Counted from the stretch's first letter, positions 44,754 through 54,693 are shown. The stretch is 64,000 bases of DNA from Spirochaetia bacterium (GCA_965208575.1 CBDBOV010000001.1:1-64000), one strand, 5' to 3'. Notes: generated by a model not told the origin, from the sequence alone. Program-made: numbers and translations.

Positions 44754-45590
44754 GTGCGTCTATGGGCGCTGTCAGACTTGCATGTCTCGTATCGGGAAAA
44801 CCGGGAGGCGCTCGATGGGTTGCCGGCCTTCCCGGACGACTGGCTGATCCTGGCCGGCGACGTTACCCACGGCGCCGACGGACTCGACTGGTGCCTTCGG
44901 CGGCTCACCGCGAAGTTCCGCCAAGTAGTCTGGGTTCCCGGCAACCACGATCTGTGGACCGTCCCGCGGGCGGCTCCGCGGCTCGGCGGCGTTGCGCTCT
45001 ACGAGCGGCTGGTCGGGATTGCGCGCAGCCGCGGTGTTCTGACCCCGGAGGATCCCTACCCGGTGGTCGAACATCGCGACGGACCGGTCCTGGTGGTGCC
45101 GCTGTTCCTGCTCTACGATTACAGCTTCCGGCCCGCGCACGTGCGGCGTGACGAGGTGGTGTCGTGGGCGCGGGAGGAGAGCGCCGTCTGCTCCGATGAA
45201 GTGATGTTGCATCCCGCCCCCTATCCGGATCGCGACTCGTGGTGCGCCGCCCGCTGCGAGGACGCCGCCGCACGGCTCGCCGCGTATCCGGCGGCCCTTC
45301 CCAAGGTGCTGGTCAACCACTACCCGCTCGAAGAACAGCACGCCGTGCTGCCGCGGATACCCCGCTTCACGCCCTGGTGCGGGACGCGGCGCACGCGCGG
45401 CTGGCACCGCCGCTTTGGCGCGTGCGCGGTGGTGTACGGCCACCTCCACATCCGCGCCACCCGGTGGCTGGACGGGGTGCCGTTCCAGGAGGTGTCCCTG
45501 GGCTATCCGCGGCAGTGGGACCGCCGGCGCGGCATCGGCGCCTACCTGCGCGAGGTGACCCTGGCGCCCCGCGGGGCGGCTCCGCGGTGA
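44754..45590 (+). CDS. Calcineurin-like metallophosphoesterase resembling mycobacterial PptH (Rv2795c)
   Basis: SDLH, AGD, PGNHDLW, PLFLLYDYSF, LVNHYPL, WCGT, VYGHLH, EVSLGYPRQW; coupled to a PPTase. Confidence 0.8.
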   Translation: MRLWALSDLHVSYRENREALDGLPAFPDDWLILAGDVTHGADGLDWCLRRLTAKFRQVVWVPGNHDLWTVPRAAPRLGGVALYERLVGIARSRGVLTPEDPYPVVEHRDGPVLVVPLFLLYDYSFRPAHVRRDEVVSWAREESAVCSDEVMLHPAPYPDRDSWCAARCEDAAARLAAYPAALPKVLVNHYPLEEQHAVLPRIPRFTPWCGTRRTRGWHRRFGACAVVYGHLHIRATRWLDGVPFQEVSLGYPRQWDRRRGIGAYLREVTLAPRGAAPR

Positions 45591-46336
45591 CCGCCGCCGC
45601 CGGCGCCTGGTGGACACCGTGGCACGAGGCCGGGGAGTCGCTCATCCTGCACCTGGACCTCCGACCCCACGCGGGCCGCGAACGACGGGCGCTCGCGCTG
45701 CTCGACGAACACGAGCAGGCGCGCTGCGACAAGTTCCTGGCCAGCGGCTCGCGGCGCCGGTTCGTGCTGTGCCGCGCGGCGCTCCGGATAAACCTGTGCG
45801 ACCGGCTCGGGTGTGCCAACCGCGAACTGTCGTTCGGCTATCTCGAGCACGGCAAGCCGTACGCGCGAGTGAACGGGGAGGCGCCGGAGCGCGGGCCATC
45901 CTTCGATGTGAGCCACGGTTGCAATGAGTGCCACTTCAATGTGAGCCACAGCGGCGAGCACGGGCTGATCGGGTTCGCGAGCCAGGAGGCGTTCGGCGTG
46001 GACCTGGAGGTGCGCACTCCCGGCCGCGACTTCGACGGCATCGGGGCCGTGGTTTTCGGTCCACGCGAACGGCGCGCCCTGTCGGCCGCCGCCGGCACCG
46101 CCAAGGCGCACCTGTTCTACCGGCTGTGGAGCCTGAAGGAGGCGCTCATCAAGGCCCTGGGCACCGGCTTCTCGCTGGATCCGTCCCGCTTCGAGGTGCC
46201 GCGGTCGATGCTCGAGGGCGAACGGTCCGCGCTGTTTCGCTTCCCGCACCTGCCGGCCGACCGCTTCCGGCTCGAGGATCTGGGCGAGTCCCGGTTCGCC
46301 GCCGCGCGCGCCTGCCGGTTTCCGGGACCAGGCTGA
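45587..46336 (+). CDS. Sfp-type 4'-phosphopantetheinyl transferase
   Basis: GTGA overlap; HGKP, FNVSHS, GVDLE, WSLKEALIKALG.G. Confidence 0.88.
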   Translation: MTAAAGAWWTPWHEAGESLILHLDLRPHAGRERRALALLDEHEQARCDKFLASGSRRRFVLCRAALRINLCDRLGCANRELSFGYLEHGKPYARVNGEAPERGPSFDVSHGCNECHFNVSHSGEHGLIGFASQEAFGVDLEVRTPGRDFDGIGAVVFGPRERRALSAAAGTAKAHLFYRLWSLKEALIKALGTGFSLDPSRFEVPRSMLEGERSALFRFPHLPADRFRLEDLGESRFAAARACRFPGPG

Positions 46337-46440
46337 GCGCGTTGGTCGCGCGCCTGCCGGTTTCCGGGAGCGGGCTGAGCGGGCTGGTCGCGCGCCTGCC
46401 GGCTGCCGGGAGCGTGCTGAGCGGGCTGGGCGCGTTGCTC
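46306..46440. repeat. 42-bp imperfect tandem repeat (~3 units) spanning the PPTase stop
   Basis: GCGCGCCTGCCGG.T.CCGGGA...GCTGAGCG...TGG repeated. Confidence 0.8.
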
Positions 46441-46477
46441 GCGGGGTGGGATTTGCCTATCTTTGCGGCTCCCAATC

Positions 46478-48415
46478 ATGGCTACATCCGAGACTACGCT
46501 CGAGCGCGAGGCACCCGCCGCCGGCGCGCTGGCCACCTGGTGGCGGCTGCGGCTGCCCGCCGACGTGGTGGCGACCCTGGAGGCATCGCCCGAGGTGCTG
46601 GTGCCGCGCAGCCGCAACCAACTCATCAAGCTGTCACTCGGCGACAACGTCGAGAACATAGACAACGGCGACTCCCAATTCGAGGTGGCGTACGACGTGC
46701 CCGGCCGCGGCCGCGTGCTCGAGGCCACGGTGACCCGCTGCCGCAACGGCGTGGCGGTGAACTACACCGAGCCCTACATGCGCCGCCGCGACCCCGACTG
46801 CATGGTGGTGGCCGACGAGGGCCCGTCCGAAAAGCCGCGCTTCGTGGACCGCTTCGACACCTCGTTCGCGCCCGTGCGCCGCGACATCCTGGCCTGGCTT
46901 GGCGCCCAGGAGCTGATTGCCCTGCCGTTCGTGTCGGGCAGCCCCGAGTTCGGCTACGACTCGCTGCTGATCGCCCCCAAGAACGCGGCCTTCTTCGCCG
47001 CCGCACTCGCCGACCTGCAGGGCATGCTGCCCGGTGTCGACATCGAAGACGGCTTCACGCCGCGCGCCATCATCTTCCTGGCGCCGCCGTTCCGCCACAC
47101 GCACTGCGGTGGGCGGCAGGTGGTGGTGCACAATCGCATGGCCGAGTTGCACGAGATTCACTCCCTCAACCTGTATCCCGGCCCGAGCGCCAAGAAGGGC
47201 GTGTACGGTGTGCTGCTCACCATCGGCGAGAGCGAGGGCTGGATCACCGCGCACGGCTCGACGGTGGAGGTGGTGACCCCGTACGACAACATCGTCACCA
47301 TCATGCACGAGGGCGCAAGCGGCGGCGGCAAGAGCGAGATGCTCGAGCACGTGCAGCGGCAGGAGGATGGCCGCCTGCTGCTCGGCGAGAACACGGTGAC
47401 CGGCGAGCGCCGCTTCCTGGCCATGGGCCAGACCTGCGCGCTGCGCCCGGTGACCGACGACATGGCGCTGTGCCACCCCGAGCTGCGCTCCGGCAGCGGC
47501 CACCTGGCGGTAATGGACGCCGAGGACGCCTGGTTTCTGCGCGTCAACCACATCGACGGCTACGGCGTCGACCCCTCCTACGAGCGCCTGTCGATCCACC
47601 CGCCGGAACCGCTGCTGTTCATGAACATGGCGGCGACGCCGGGCGCCACCTGCCTGATCTGGGAGCACGTCGAGGACGAGCCGGGCGTGCCGTGCCCCAA
47701 CCCGCGCGTCATCGTGCCGCGCCGCATGGTGGCCGGCATCGTGGACGATCCGGCGACGGTGGACGTGCGCAGCTTCGGCATCCGCACGCCGCCGTGCACG
47801 GCGGACCACCCCAGCTACGGGATCGCCGGCCTGCTGCACGTGCTGCCGCCGGCGCTGGCCTGGCTGTGGCGCCTGGTGGCGCCGCGCGGTTACTCCAATC
47901 CGAGCATCACCAACAGCAGCGGCCTGTCGAGCGAGGGCGTCGGCTCCTACTGGCCGTTCGCCACCGGGCGGCGCGTGGTGCAGGCCAACCTGCTGCTGCG
48001 CCAGATCCGCAACACGCCGGCCACCCGCTTCACGCTCACCCCCAACCAGCACGTCGGCGCCTGGCGCACCGGGTTCATGCCGCAGTGGCTGGCGCGCGAG
48101 TACCTGGCGCGGCGCAGCGGCGCGCGCTTCCGGCCCGACCAACTGATCCCGGCGCGCTGCCCGCTGCTCGGCTACGCGCTGCGCTCGATGCAGATCGAGG
48201 GTGCCCTGATCCCGCAGGAACTGCTGCAGGTGGAGGCGCAGGCGGAGGTCGGCACGGCGGGCTACGACGCCGGCGCCGCCGAGCTGAGCGAGTTCTTCGC
48301 CGACACCCTGCGCCCCTATCTGCGCGAGTCGGACCTGGAGCCGCTCGGGCGCGACATCATCGAGGCCGCCCTCGACGGCTGCGACCTGGAGCAGCTCGCC
48401 GCGTTCGACCTCTGA
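46478..48415 (+). CDS. DUF4914 family protein (PEP-carboxykinase-like P-loop)
   Basis: YPGPSAKKG, HEGASGGGKSEM, PVTDDM, CPNPR. Confidence 0.75.
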   Translation: MATSETTLEREAPAAGALATWWRLRLPADVVATLEASPEVLVPRSRNQLIKLSLGDNVENIDNGDSQFEVAYDVPGRGRVLEATVTRCRNGVAVNYTEPYMRRRDPDCMVVADEGPSEKPRFVDRFDTSFAPVRRDILAWLGAQELIALPFVSGSPEFGYDSLLIAPKNAAFFAAALADLQGMLPGVDIEDGFTPRAIIFLAPPFRHTHCGGRQVVVHNRMAELHEIHSLNLYPGPSAKKGVYGVLLTIGESEGWITAHGSTVEVVTPYDNIVTIMHEGASGGGKSEMLEHVQRQEDGRLLLGENTVTGERRFLAMGQTCALRPVTDDMALCHPELRSGSGHLAVMDAEDAWFLRVNHIDGYGVDPSYERLSIHPPEPLLFMNMAATPGATCLIWEHVEDEPGVPCPNPRVIVPRRMVAGIVDDPATVDVRSFGIRTPPCTADHPSYGIAGLLHVLPPALAWLWRLVAPRGYSNPSITNSSGLSSEGVGSYWPFATGRRVVQANLLLRQIRNTPATRFTLTPNQHVGAWRTGFMPQWLAREYLARRSGARFRPDQLIPARCPLLGYALRSMQIEGALIPQELLQVEAQAEVGTAGYDAGAAELSEFFADTLRPYLRESDLEPLGRDIIEAALDGCDLEQLAAFDL

Positions 48416-48422
48416 TAACCCG

Positions 48423-48971
48423 CTACGGCGGCGGCGCGAGCGGCGGCCCGTCGAACACGCCGGCGGCGTGCTGCCGCGCCAGCCGGCGGTAGGCGGCCAC
48501 GATGCGCGTCACGTAGGCGCGCTCGGCGTCGCTGACCGGACGCATCACGCGCGCCGGCACGCCCGCCACCATCATGCCGGGCGCCACCCGCTCGCCGGGC
48601 CGCACCACCGCCCCGGCCGCCACCAGGCAGCCTTCGCCGAGCACGGCGCCGTCCAGCACCGTGGCGCCGATGCCGATCAGGCAGCCGTCGCCCACCACCC
48701 GGCAGTGCACGCACACCTGGTGGCCCATCACCACGTCGTCGCCAATTTCCAGGTCCTCGCCGCTGCGCGTGTGCAGCATCGCCTGGTCCTGGATCGAGCA
48801 GCGCGCGCCCACCCGAATCGCCGCCACGTCGCCGCGAATGCAGGCGAACGGCCACACGCTGGTGTCGGCGCCCAGCCGCACGTCGCCCACCACCACCGCG
48901 CTCGCGGCCACGTACGCATCGTGCACGCGGCGCATGCACGCCGTCCCGCCGGGAAAGTTCAGCTTCTCCAT
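48423..48971 (-). CDS. Gamma carbonic anhydrase family protein
   Basis: Hexapeptide repeats; IRGD, IQD..LH, GH...H, G.PA. Confidence 0.88.
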   Translation of the reverse strand: MEKLNFPGGTACMRRVHDAYVAASAVVVGDVRLGADTSVWPFACIRGDVAAIRVGARCSIQDQAMLHTRSGEDLEIGDDVVMGHQVCVHCRVVGDGCLIGIGATVLDGAVLGEGCLVAAGAVVRPGERVAPGMMVAGVPARVMRPVSDAERAYVTRIVAAYRRLARQHAAGVFDGPPLAPPP

Positions 48972-50677
48972 CACCCTCTCATGGTGAGCCCCGCACGACG
49001 GCGTGTCGAGGCGATGGGCGTGAGGGTGACCGAGACTTGGGTGAAGTAGATCTCGGTCCGGCCCTCGAAGCCCGAGTCGACGCCAAACAACACCCAGGCT
49101 CGTCCATCTGCCGAAATCGAGACCGGTGACGGCGGCGACTTGGCGCCGAATGACTTCAGTTCCCACCGACGCAGCTGCCCGCACATCGTGGAGTTGGCGA
49201 CGTCGCCGAGCACCACCGCCTGGGTGCCGCTGTTGGCCTGGATGCCGATATCGATGTTCATGCGCTGGTAGCCGTCGTCATTCACGGAAAGCGGTTCGGT
49301 CGCGGTGGCGCCGGCCTTGACCCAGACGCTTTCGCCCGGTGCGCCGCCGGCACCGGCGCACCGGGCCGGTACATTGGTCGCGATTTCCGCGCTTACGGTG
49401 ACGGTGTAGCGTACACCGCGAGCCAGCCCGTCGATCGGCCCCTTGAAGAACATGAACAGATCGTCGCTACGGTTGGTTGCGCCGATGAACAGGGCGGACT
49501 GCTGCTCCAGCGGGGACGGGAGCGTGCGGTAATCGGAGGTCAGCTCGTAGATATGTGCCTGTGACGGCCGATACTCGGCGAAGCCGGCGACGAAACCGTG
49601 AGATCCACTACTGAAGTCGAAGTCGAAGATGAACTTGCCGGTCTTGTCCGTCCTGCCCGTCACGGTCTTTTCCGCCACAGTAACGGTTGCCGTGCCACTG
49701 ATTCCGCCCGCGTCACGAGCCGTGACCACGGCCGTTCCGGCCTTGACCGCCGTCGCCGTGGCGGTGACACCCGTTTCGCCCCCCGCGTCCGCACCCTCGA
49801 CCGTCGCTACCTCCGAATCGCTCGTGGTCCAGTAGATCGTGCGTCCTTCTATCGCGTGTCCGTTCGCGTCCCTGACCGTGGCACTCAGCGTGTCGGTCTC
49901 ATCAACCGCCAGGCTTATCGAATTCGGCGAAACTTCCAGCGACGTCGCTTGCTGGTAGGCGGTCACTTGCAGACTGGCTGTCCTTGCATCGGTCGAGGAC
50001 AAGTCAATCCGCATGTTCCCGGCCTTGGTCATCGTGACCTCCAGACCGTCATCCACCTTCTTGATAGCGCAACACGGTCCTTCGACGGGATAGATGCTAG
50101 TCCAAGCGAATGCTGCGTCGGTGTCCTCGTCGCCGTTCTCGTCCAGGATCCGGACGGTCACCGTCTCGGACGTGCCCAACGCCTTGAACGTCAGCGAGCG
50201 CGGTGAAACGTCCACTCGCCGCTGCGGGGCCACGACATCCACCTTCACCGACGCAGAGCAGTTGTCGGTCGTGTCGGACTCGTCCGCCACCGCATCCACG
50301 CACGCACCGTAGTAGTAGGTCCCGGCACTCGACGGTGCCGTCAATTCGACTGACACGCTCGCGCTCCCCAAAGCGGCTATCCTCCGTACCGCACTCGTAC
50401 CAACTTCCGTGTCGGCGGTGGAGACTGTCGTGTCGGCCGACCGGTAGTAGCGGAGCGTCGTGGACGCCGACGCTCCGTTCCCAAGGTTCCGCACGCTCGC
50501 CCGCAACGTGAAAGGCTCTCCCGGTACCAGGCTGCCATCGCTCAACGAACGTGCCTCGACCACCAGGTCCGGGAGTTCGCGCTGACGCTCCGGCGACGTG
50601 CGCCGCGGACTGCTGCAAGTTACCAACGAAGCGCCGATGGTTGCCACAAGGGAGATGGCTGCTATCCGCCGTGTCAT
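48971..50677 (-). CDS. Putative lipoprotein with CARDB and Ig-like domains and an unknown C-terminal domain
   Basis: LVTC lipobox-like site; PDLVV..N.G...YYYGACVD...ES...N (CARDB); W.TSD..VATV (Ig-like). Confidence 0.7.
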   Translation of the reverse strand: MTRRIAAISLVATIGASLVTCSSPRRTSPERQRELPDLVVEARSLSDGSLVPGEPFTLRASVRNLGNGASASTTLRYYRSADTTVSTADTEVGTSAVRRIAALGSASVSVELTAPSSAGTYYYGACVDAVADESDTTDNCSASVKVDVVAPQRRVDVSPRSLTFKALGTSETVTVRILDENGDEDTDAAFAWTSIYPVEGPCCAIKKVDDGLEVTMTKAGNMRIDLSSTDARTASLQVTAYQQATSLEVSPNSISLAVDETDTLSATVRDANGHAIEGRTIYWTTSDSEVATVEGADAGGETGVTATATAVKAGTAVVTARDAGGISGTATVTVAEKTVTGRTDKTGKFIFDFDFSSGSHGFVAGFAEYRPSQAHIYELTSDYRTLPSPLEQQSALFIGATNRSDDLFMFFKGPIDGLARGVRYTVTVSAEIATNVPARCAGAGGAPGESVWVKAGATATEPLSVNDDGYQRMNIDIGIQANSGTQAVVLGDVANSTMCGQLRRWELKSFGAKSPPSPVSISADGRAWVLFGVDSGFEGRTEIYFTQVSVTLTPIASTRRRAGLTMRG

Positions 50678-50834
50678 ATCACTCAGGAACATGCACTGCT
50701 GCATCCGGTGGCCTCCTGAAAGCCGCTCTCGGGAACTGGGCCCTGGCAACGGTAATCTGAGTGTCTCCGCTCGGCAAGGTGCGCATTGGCTCATCGAAAT
50801 CTGACCGTAGCGCAAGCATGCTCGCCCATGGCTT

Positions 50835-51025
50835 GGCCCTCCTGTTCGCCCTCGCCGGCAAGCACCTGCCCGGATCGGTCAAGCTTGCGCCCACCGCCGC
50901 CGGCATGCAGGTGGCGGCCTGGCTCGCGCGCGGCGCCGACGACCGCGCGATTGCCGAAGCGGGCCGCCGCGCCGGCATTGCGCTGCGTCCGCTATCCCCC
51001 TACTGGGTAGGCCCGGGCGCCCGTC
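50835..51025 (+). pseudogene. 191-bp duplicate of the 3' part of the MocR regulator gene (53296-53486)
   Basis: Ungapped direct repeat; encodes nearly the same peptide (LLFALAGKHLPG...PYWVGPGAR). Confidence 0.88.
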
Positions 51026-51057
51026 AGGTCGGAGAGCCGACCGCGGGCGCGCCCCCG

Positions 51058-51927
51058 CTACTGTGTCCGGACCGACGAGTTCCGCCGGGCGCGCAATCGG
51101 AACCGCGTGCGGATACCTGATCGCGGCTCCGAGCCCGCGCGCGGGCGTGATCCGGCGCGGCCCCGACCGGGGTGCTCTGCCACCAGGTAGCTCGGCGGCG
51201 CGATCCGAGCGCGCAGCGAGGCGTCGTCGCTCTCGGGTGCGCCGGCGACGGTGCGCAGCGGTACCACGCCGCCCCAGAACGGCAGCAGGTAGTCGTCCTT
51301 GTCATCGGCGGGCGGACCGGTGCGCACCTTGGCGGACACCTCTTCGAGCGGGAACTCCAGCACCGAGGTGACGTCCAGCTCCTTCGCCGCCGGCGCGCGA
51401 ACGTCGCCGGTACGGCCCGGAATGAGACGCTCCACCAGCGCGTCGAGCGCCAATCGCTTGCGCGCGCCGGTGACCGCGTGGCCCGTAGCATGTATCACCA
51501 CGCAGCGATAGTTCATCGATGAATGGAACACCGACCGCGCCACCACCAGGCCGTCGAGATGGGTAACCGTGATGCACGCCGGTGCACCGGTTGCGAGCGC
51601 CTGCAGCATGGCGCTGTTGCGGTTGCCGTGCACGTATACGCACTCGTCGATGCGGGCGATCGCCGTGGGCAATACGCGCGGCCATCCGTCGACCACGTAG
51701 CCGACGTGGCACACCAGCGCCGCGTCGATTATGGCGTGCACGGTGCCGCGATCGTACACTGCGCGCTTGGCAACCCGGCGTACCCGGCTGCGCCCGGTAG
51801 GGGCGTAGGTGTTCCCGTCGATCGTCGGTTCCGGATTGGCCGACTCGTGTTTCGGATTGGCGGACTCGTGCTGCGGCGCGGCGGAGCGCCCGGAGACCGG
51901 TGCGACAGAGGCAATCAGCGTGCTCAT
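51058..51927 (-). CDS. Pyridoxamine 5'-phosphate oxidase-like flavin-binding protein
   Basis: RA.YDR, CHVG, YVHG, DGLVVARS.FHSSMNYR, SAKVR.GPP; 21-bp tandem duplication at 51830-51871. Confidence 0.88.
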   Translation of the reverse strand: MSTLIASVAPVSGRSAAPQHESANPKHESANPEPTIDGNTYAPTGRSRVRRVAKRAVYDRGTVHAIIDAALVCHVGYVVDGWPRVLPTAIARIDECVYVHGNRNSAMLQALATGAPACITVTHLDGLVVARSVFHSSMNYRCVVIHATGHAVTGARKRLALDALVERLIPGRTGDVRAPAAKELDVTSVLEFPLEEVSAKVRTGPPADDKDDYLLPFWGGVVPLRTVAGAPESDDASLRARIAPPSYLVAEHPGRGRAGSRPRAGSEPRSGIRTRFRLRARRNSSVRTQ

Positions 51928-52007
51928 CGATACCCTCCAGCTCGCCGCGCCGCGGGCTGCGGCGCGGCGGATGGTTGTCAGAGTGCTCCCGTTTTGATAC
52001 TAGAGAA

Positions 52008-52040
52008 AGGTCCAATATGGACAATTTTATGGGGCCATTA
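52008..52040. promoter_or_regulatory. Candidate MocR operator in the divergent promoter region
   Basis: GTCCA-ATA-TGGAC palindrome plus GGTCCAAT/GGACAATT/GGCCATT repeats in an AT-rich patch. Confidence 0.5.
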
Positions 52041-52048
52041 GGAGGCGC

Positions 52049-53626
52049 ATGAGAGCGGTCCATCAACTGCCGCCGGAGGTTGTTCCCGACCGGGACTCGG
52101 GCGTGCCGCTCTATCGGCAGGTGTACCGGAGCCTACGCACGGCGATCCTGTCCGGGCGCTTGCAGCCGGGAACGCGGCTGCCTTCCACGCGGACCGCGGC
52201 GCTCGAGCTCGGCGTGGCGAGAAACACCGTGGTTGCCGTGTTCGAGCAGCTCGCCGACGAGGGCTTCGTGTCGTCCCGGGTAGGTGACGGCACCCGCGTC
52301 GCGGAGGTGGACGCGGCCGTGCTGCGCCGGTCGACGCGGAATTCCGGGAGCCCGATCGGCGCGCCCACCGGCGCCCGGACCCGTGCACGGACCGGCGCGG
52401 AGCCCACCCGCGCGGCGCAAGCGGGCGGTGCGTCGCTGTCGGAGCGCGGCAGGGCGCTGGCCGCGGTCGAGCGCGGCTCGGTTGCCATCGCGGCGTTCCA
52501 GACCGGGCTGCCCGACCTGGCGGCATTCCCGCACCAGGCGTGGGCGCGCCTGCTGGCCCGTCACGCGCGCGCGCCGGCCGCCGACCGCCTCGGCTACGGG
52601 GATGCGGCCGGCGACCCGCACCTGCGCGCCGCGATCGCCGCCTACGTCGCGGCCGCGCGCGGCGTGAACTGCACGCCGGCGCAGGTGATCGTGGTGACCG
52701 GCGCCCAGGCGGCGCTCGACCTTGCCGCCCGCATGCTCCTCGATCCCGGCGACCGTGCGTGGATCGAAGAGCCGGGATACCCCGGCGCGAGTGCCGCGCT
52801 GCTTGCCGCCGGCGCCCGCCTCGAGCCGGTCCCGGTCGACGCGGCCGGCATGGACGTGGCGGCCGGCCAGGCCTCCTGCCCCGGCGCCCGCCTGGCATAC
52901 ATCACCCCCTCGTGCCAGTACCCGGTGGGCTCCACCCTTACGCTGGAACGCCGCCTGCTGCTGCTCGACTGGGCGCAGCGCGCCGGCGCCTTCGTCATCG
53001 AGGATGACTACGACAGCGAGTACCGCTACCGCGGCCGCCCCATCGCATCGGTGCAGGGGCTCGATCCGCACGGCCGCGTCGTGTACGTCGGCACCTTCGC
53101 CAAGACCATGCTGCCGGCGCTGCGGGTCGGCTACCTGGTCGCCCCCGAACGCCTTGCGGGTGCGTTCGCCGCCGCGGTGCGCAACACCGGGCAGACCGCC
53201 CCGCAGCCGGTGCAGGGTGCGCTCGCCGAGTTCATCGACTCCGGGCTGTACGGCGCTCACGTGCGGCGCATGCGCAACCGCTACGCACAGCGCCAGGCCC
53301 TTCTGTTCGCGCTCGCCGGCAAGCACTTGCCCGGACTGGTCGAGCTGGCGCCGACCGCCGCCGGCATGCAGGTGGCGGCGTGGCTCCCCCGCGGCCCGGA
53401 CGACCGCGCCATTGCCGAAGCGGGTCGCCGGGCAGGCCTCGCGCTGCGTCCCCTGTCACCCTACTGGGTAGGCCCGGGCGCCCGTCCCGGCCTGCACCTC
53501 GGCTACGCCGCCGTCCCGGAGGAGGCCATGGAACCCGCCGTGCTGCGCCTCGCGTGCCTCCTCGCCGACCACGTGCCTGCTACTGGTTTAATTCGCCCAG
53601 AGTCCAAAGCATGCGTCCTGCGGTAG
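52049..53626 (+). CDS. MocR/GabR family regulator (GntR HTH plus aminotransferase-like domain)
   Basis: LPSTR...LGVARNTV, EEPGY, TPS.QYP.G, IEDDYDSE, GTFAK. Confidence 0.93.
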   Translation: MRAVHQLPPEVVPDRDSGVPLYRQVYRSLRTAILSGRLQPGTRLPSTRTAALELGVARNTVVAVFEQLADEGFVSSRVGDGTRVAEVDAAVLRRSTRNSGSPIGAPTGARTRARTGAEPTRAAQAGGASLSERGRALAAVERGSVAIAAFQTGLPDLAAFPHQAWARLLARHARAPAADRLGYGDAAGDPHLRAAIAAYVAAARGVNCTPAQVIVVTGAQAALDLAARMLLDPGDRAWIEEPGYPGASAALLAAGARLEPVPVDAAGMDVAAGQASCPGARLAYITPSCQYPVGSTLTLERRLLLLDWAQRAGAFVIEDDYDSEYRYRGRPIASVQGLDPHGRVVYVGTFAKTMLPALRVGYLVAPERLAGAFAAAVRNTGQTAPQPVQGALAEFIDSGLYGAHVRRMRNRYAQRQALLFALAGKHLPGLVELAPTAAGMQVAAWLPRGPDDRAIAEAGRRAGLALRPLSPYWVGPGARPGLHLGYAAVPEEAMEPAVLRLACLLADHVPATGLIRPESKACVLR

Positions 53627-53873
53627 TGAACGCGCTGCCTGGAGCCACGCCGCCGGCCATCGGCGAGCCGTCGAACCAGCCTGCTGCCCGCCACGAAACA
53701 AGCCCTTGTTTTTGCGTCCTACCGCATAGAACAACCGGTTGTTTAGCCGTTCGAAGAGAATAATCTGGACATGACTGTGCAAGCACCGATGAAGTTCCGC
53801 GTTCAAGCTCTCGCCGTGCCTCATCGCGTGATGGGAGTCGTCCGGCTCAGGGCAGTGTGGTAAGTTTGCGTAG

Positions 53874-54164
53874 ATGGACGTGAAGGAGGCTGTGCGAACG
53901 GCCAAGGACTACATCAACACGATGTATGCCGACGAGCAGATCAGCAGCGTGGGCCTTGAAGAGGTGAAGTTCGAGGGCGGACTGCCGGACACCTGGGACG
54001 TGACGATCGGCTTTTTTCGGTCGTTTGCCGGCGAGCCGCCGACTCAACTGGCGGCGGCGCTCCAGAGAGACCCGCGGCGCCGCATATACAAGATCGTCCG
54101 CATCAACGACGCGGACGGCCGTGTCGTGGCCATGCTGCACCGGGTTGTTGGCGATGAGCGATGA
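53874..54164 (+). CDS. Small hypothetical protein overlapping a PIN gene
   Basis: 96 aa; LEEV, W.VTIGF, YK.V.I. Confidence 0.7.
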   Translation: MDVKEAVRTAKDYINTMYADEQISSVGLEEVKFEGGLPDTWDVTIGFFRSFAGEPPTQLAAALQRDPRRRIYKIVRINDADGRVVAMLHRVVGDER

Positions 54165-54624
54165 AACGCCGCATACCGGGTTGCTCATCGACGCGAACCT
54201 GCTCGTGCTGCTTGCGGCAGGTCGCACGGATCCCCGGTTGATCGCCAAACACAAGAGGCTGACGGAGTTTACGTCCGATGACTACGAGCGCCTGACGGAT
54301 CTGATTATTGAGCACGGCAGGGCATTGGTGATGCCGAACACGCTCACGGAGGCGTCCAATCTGCTGGCACAGCATGGAGATCCTGAGCGGTCCCGAATGT
54401 TCGGCACGCTCAGGTTTCTGATTGAGGATGCCGAGGAAGTCGTAATCGCGAGCGTCGACGCGGCGCGCAACAGCGCGTTCAAGCGGCTAGGTCTCACGGA
54501 CGCGGCTCTGCTGGAGGTGGTTTCCGACGCAACGCCGCTGGTCACGGTGGATCTCGACCTCTACCTGGCCGCATCGCGGCACGCGCCGAACGCAGCACTC
54601 AATTTCAGGCATCTTACGGCCTGA
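54154..54624 (+). CDS. PIN-domain protein
   Basis: LIDANLL, LTEASN, LGLTDA, LVT.D. Confidence 0.8.
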   Translation: MSDETPHTGLLIDANLLVLLAAGRTDPRLIAKHKRLTEFTSDDYERLTDLIIEHGRALVMPNTLTEASNLLAQHGDPERSRMFGTLRFLIEDAEEVVIASVDAARNSAFKRLGLTDAALLEVVSDATPLVTVDLDLYLAASRHAPNAALNFRHLTA

Positions 54625-54693
54625 CCCGGTCAATCCCGGACTCGCCATCGGGCTCGCCGGAACCGGGGGCCAGCTCCGTGGTAGGGTGGCGGC

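Noticed and set aside
46306-46440. 42-bp and 81-bp (32709-32890) tandem repeats as CRISPR arrays
   Set aside because: No unique spacers, degenerate units, and no cas genes.
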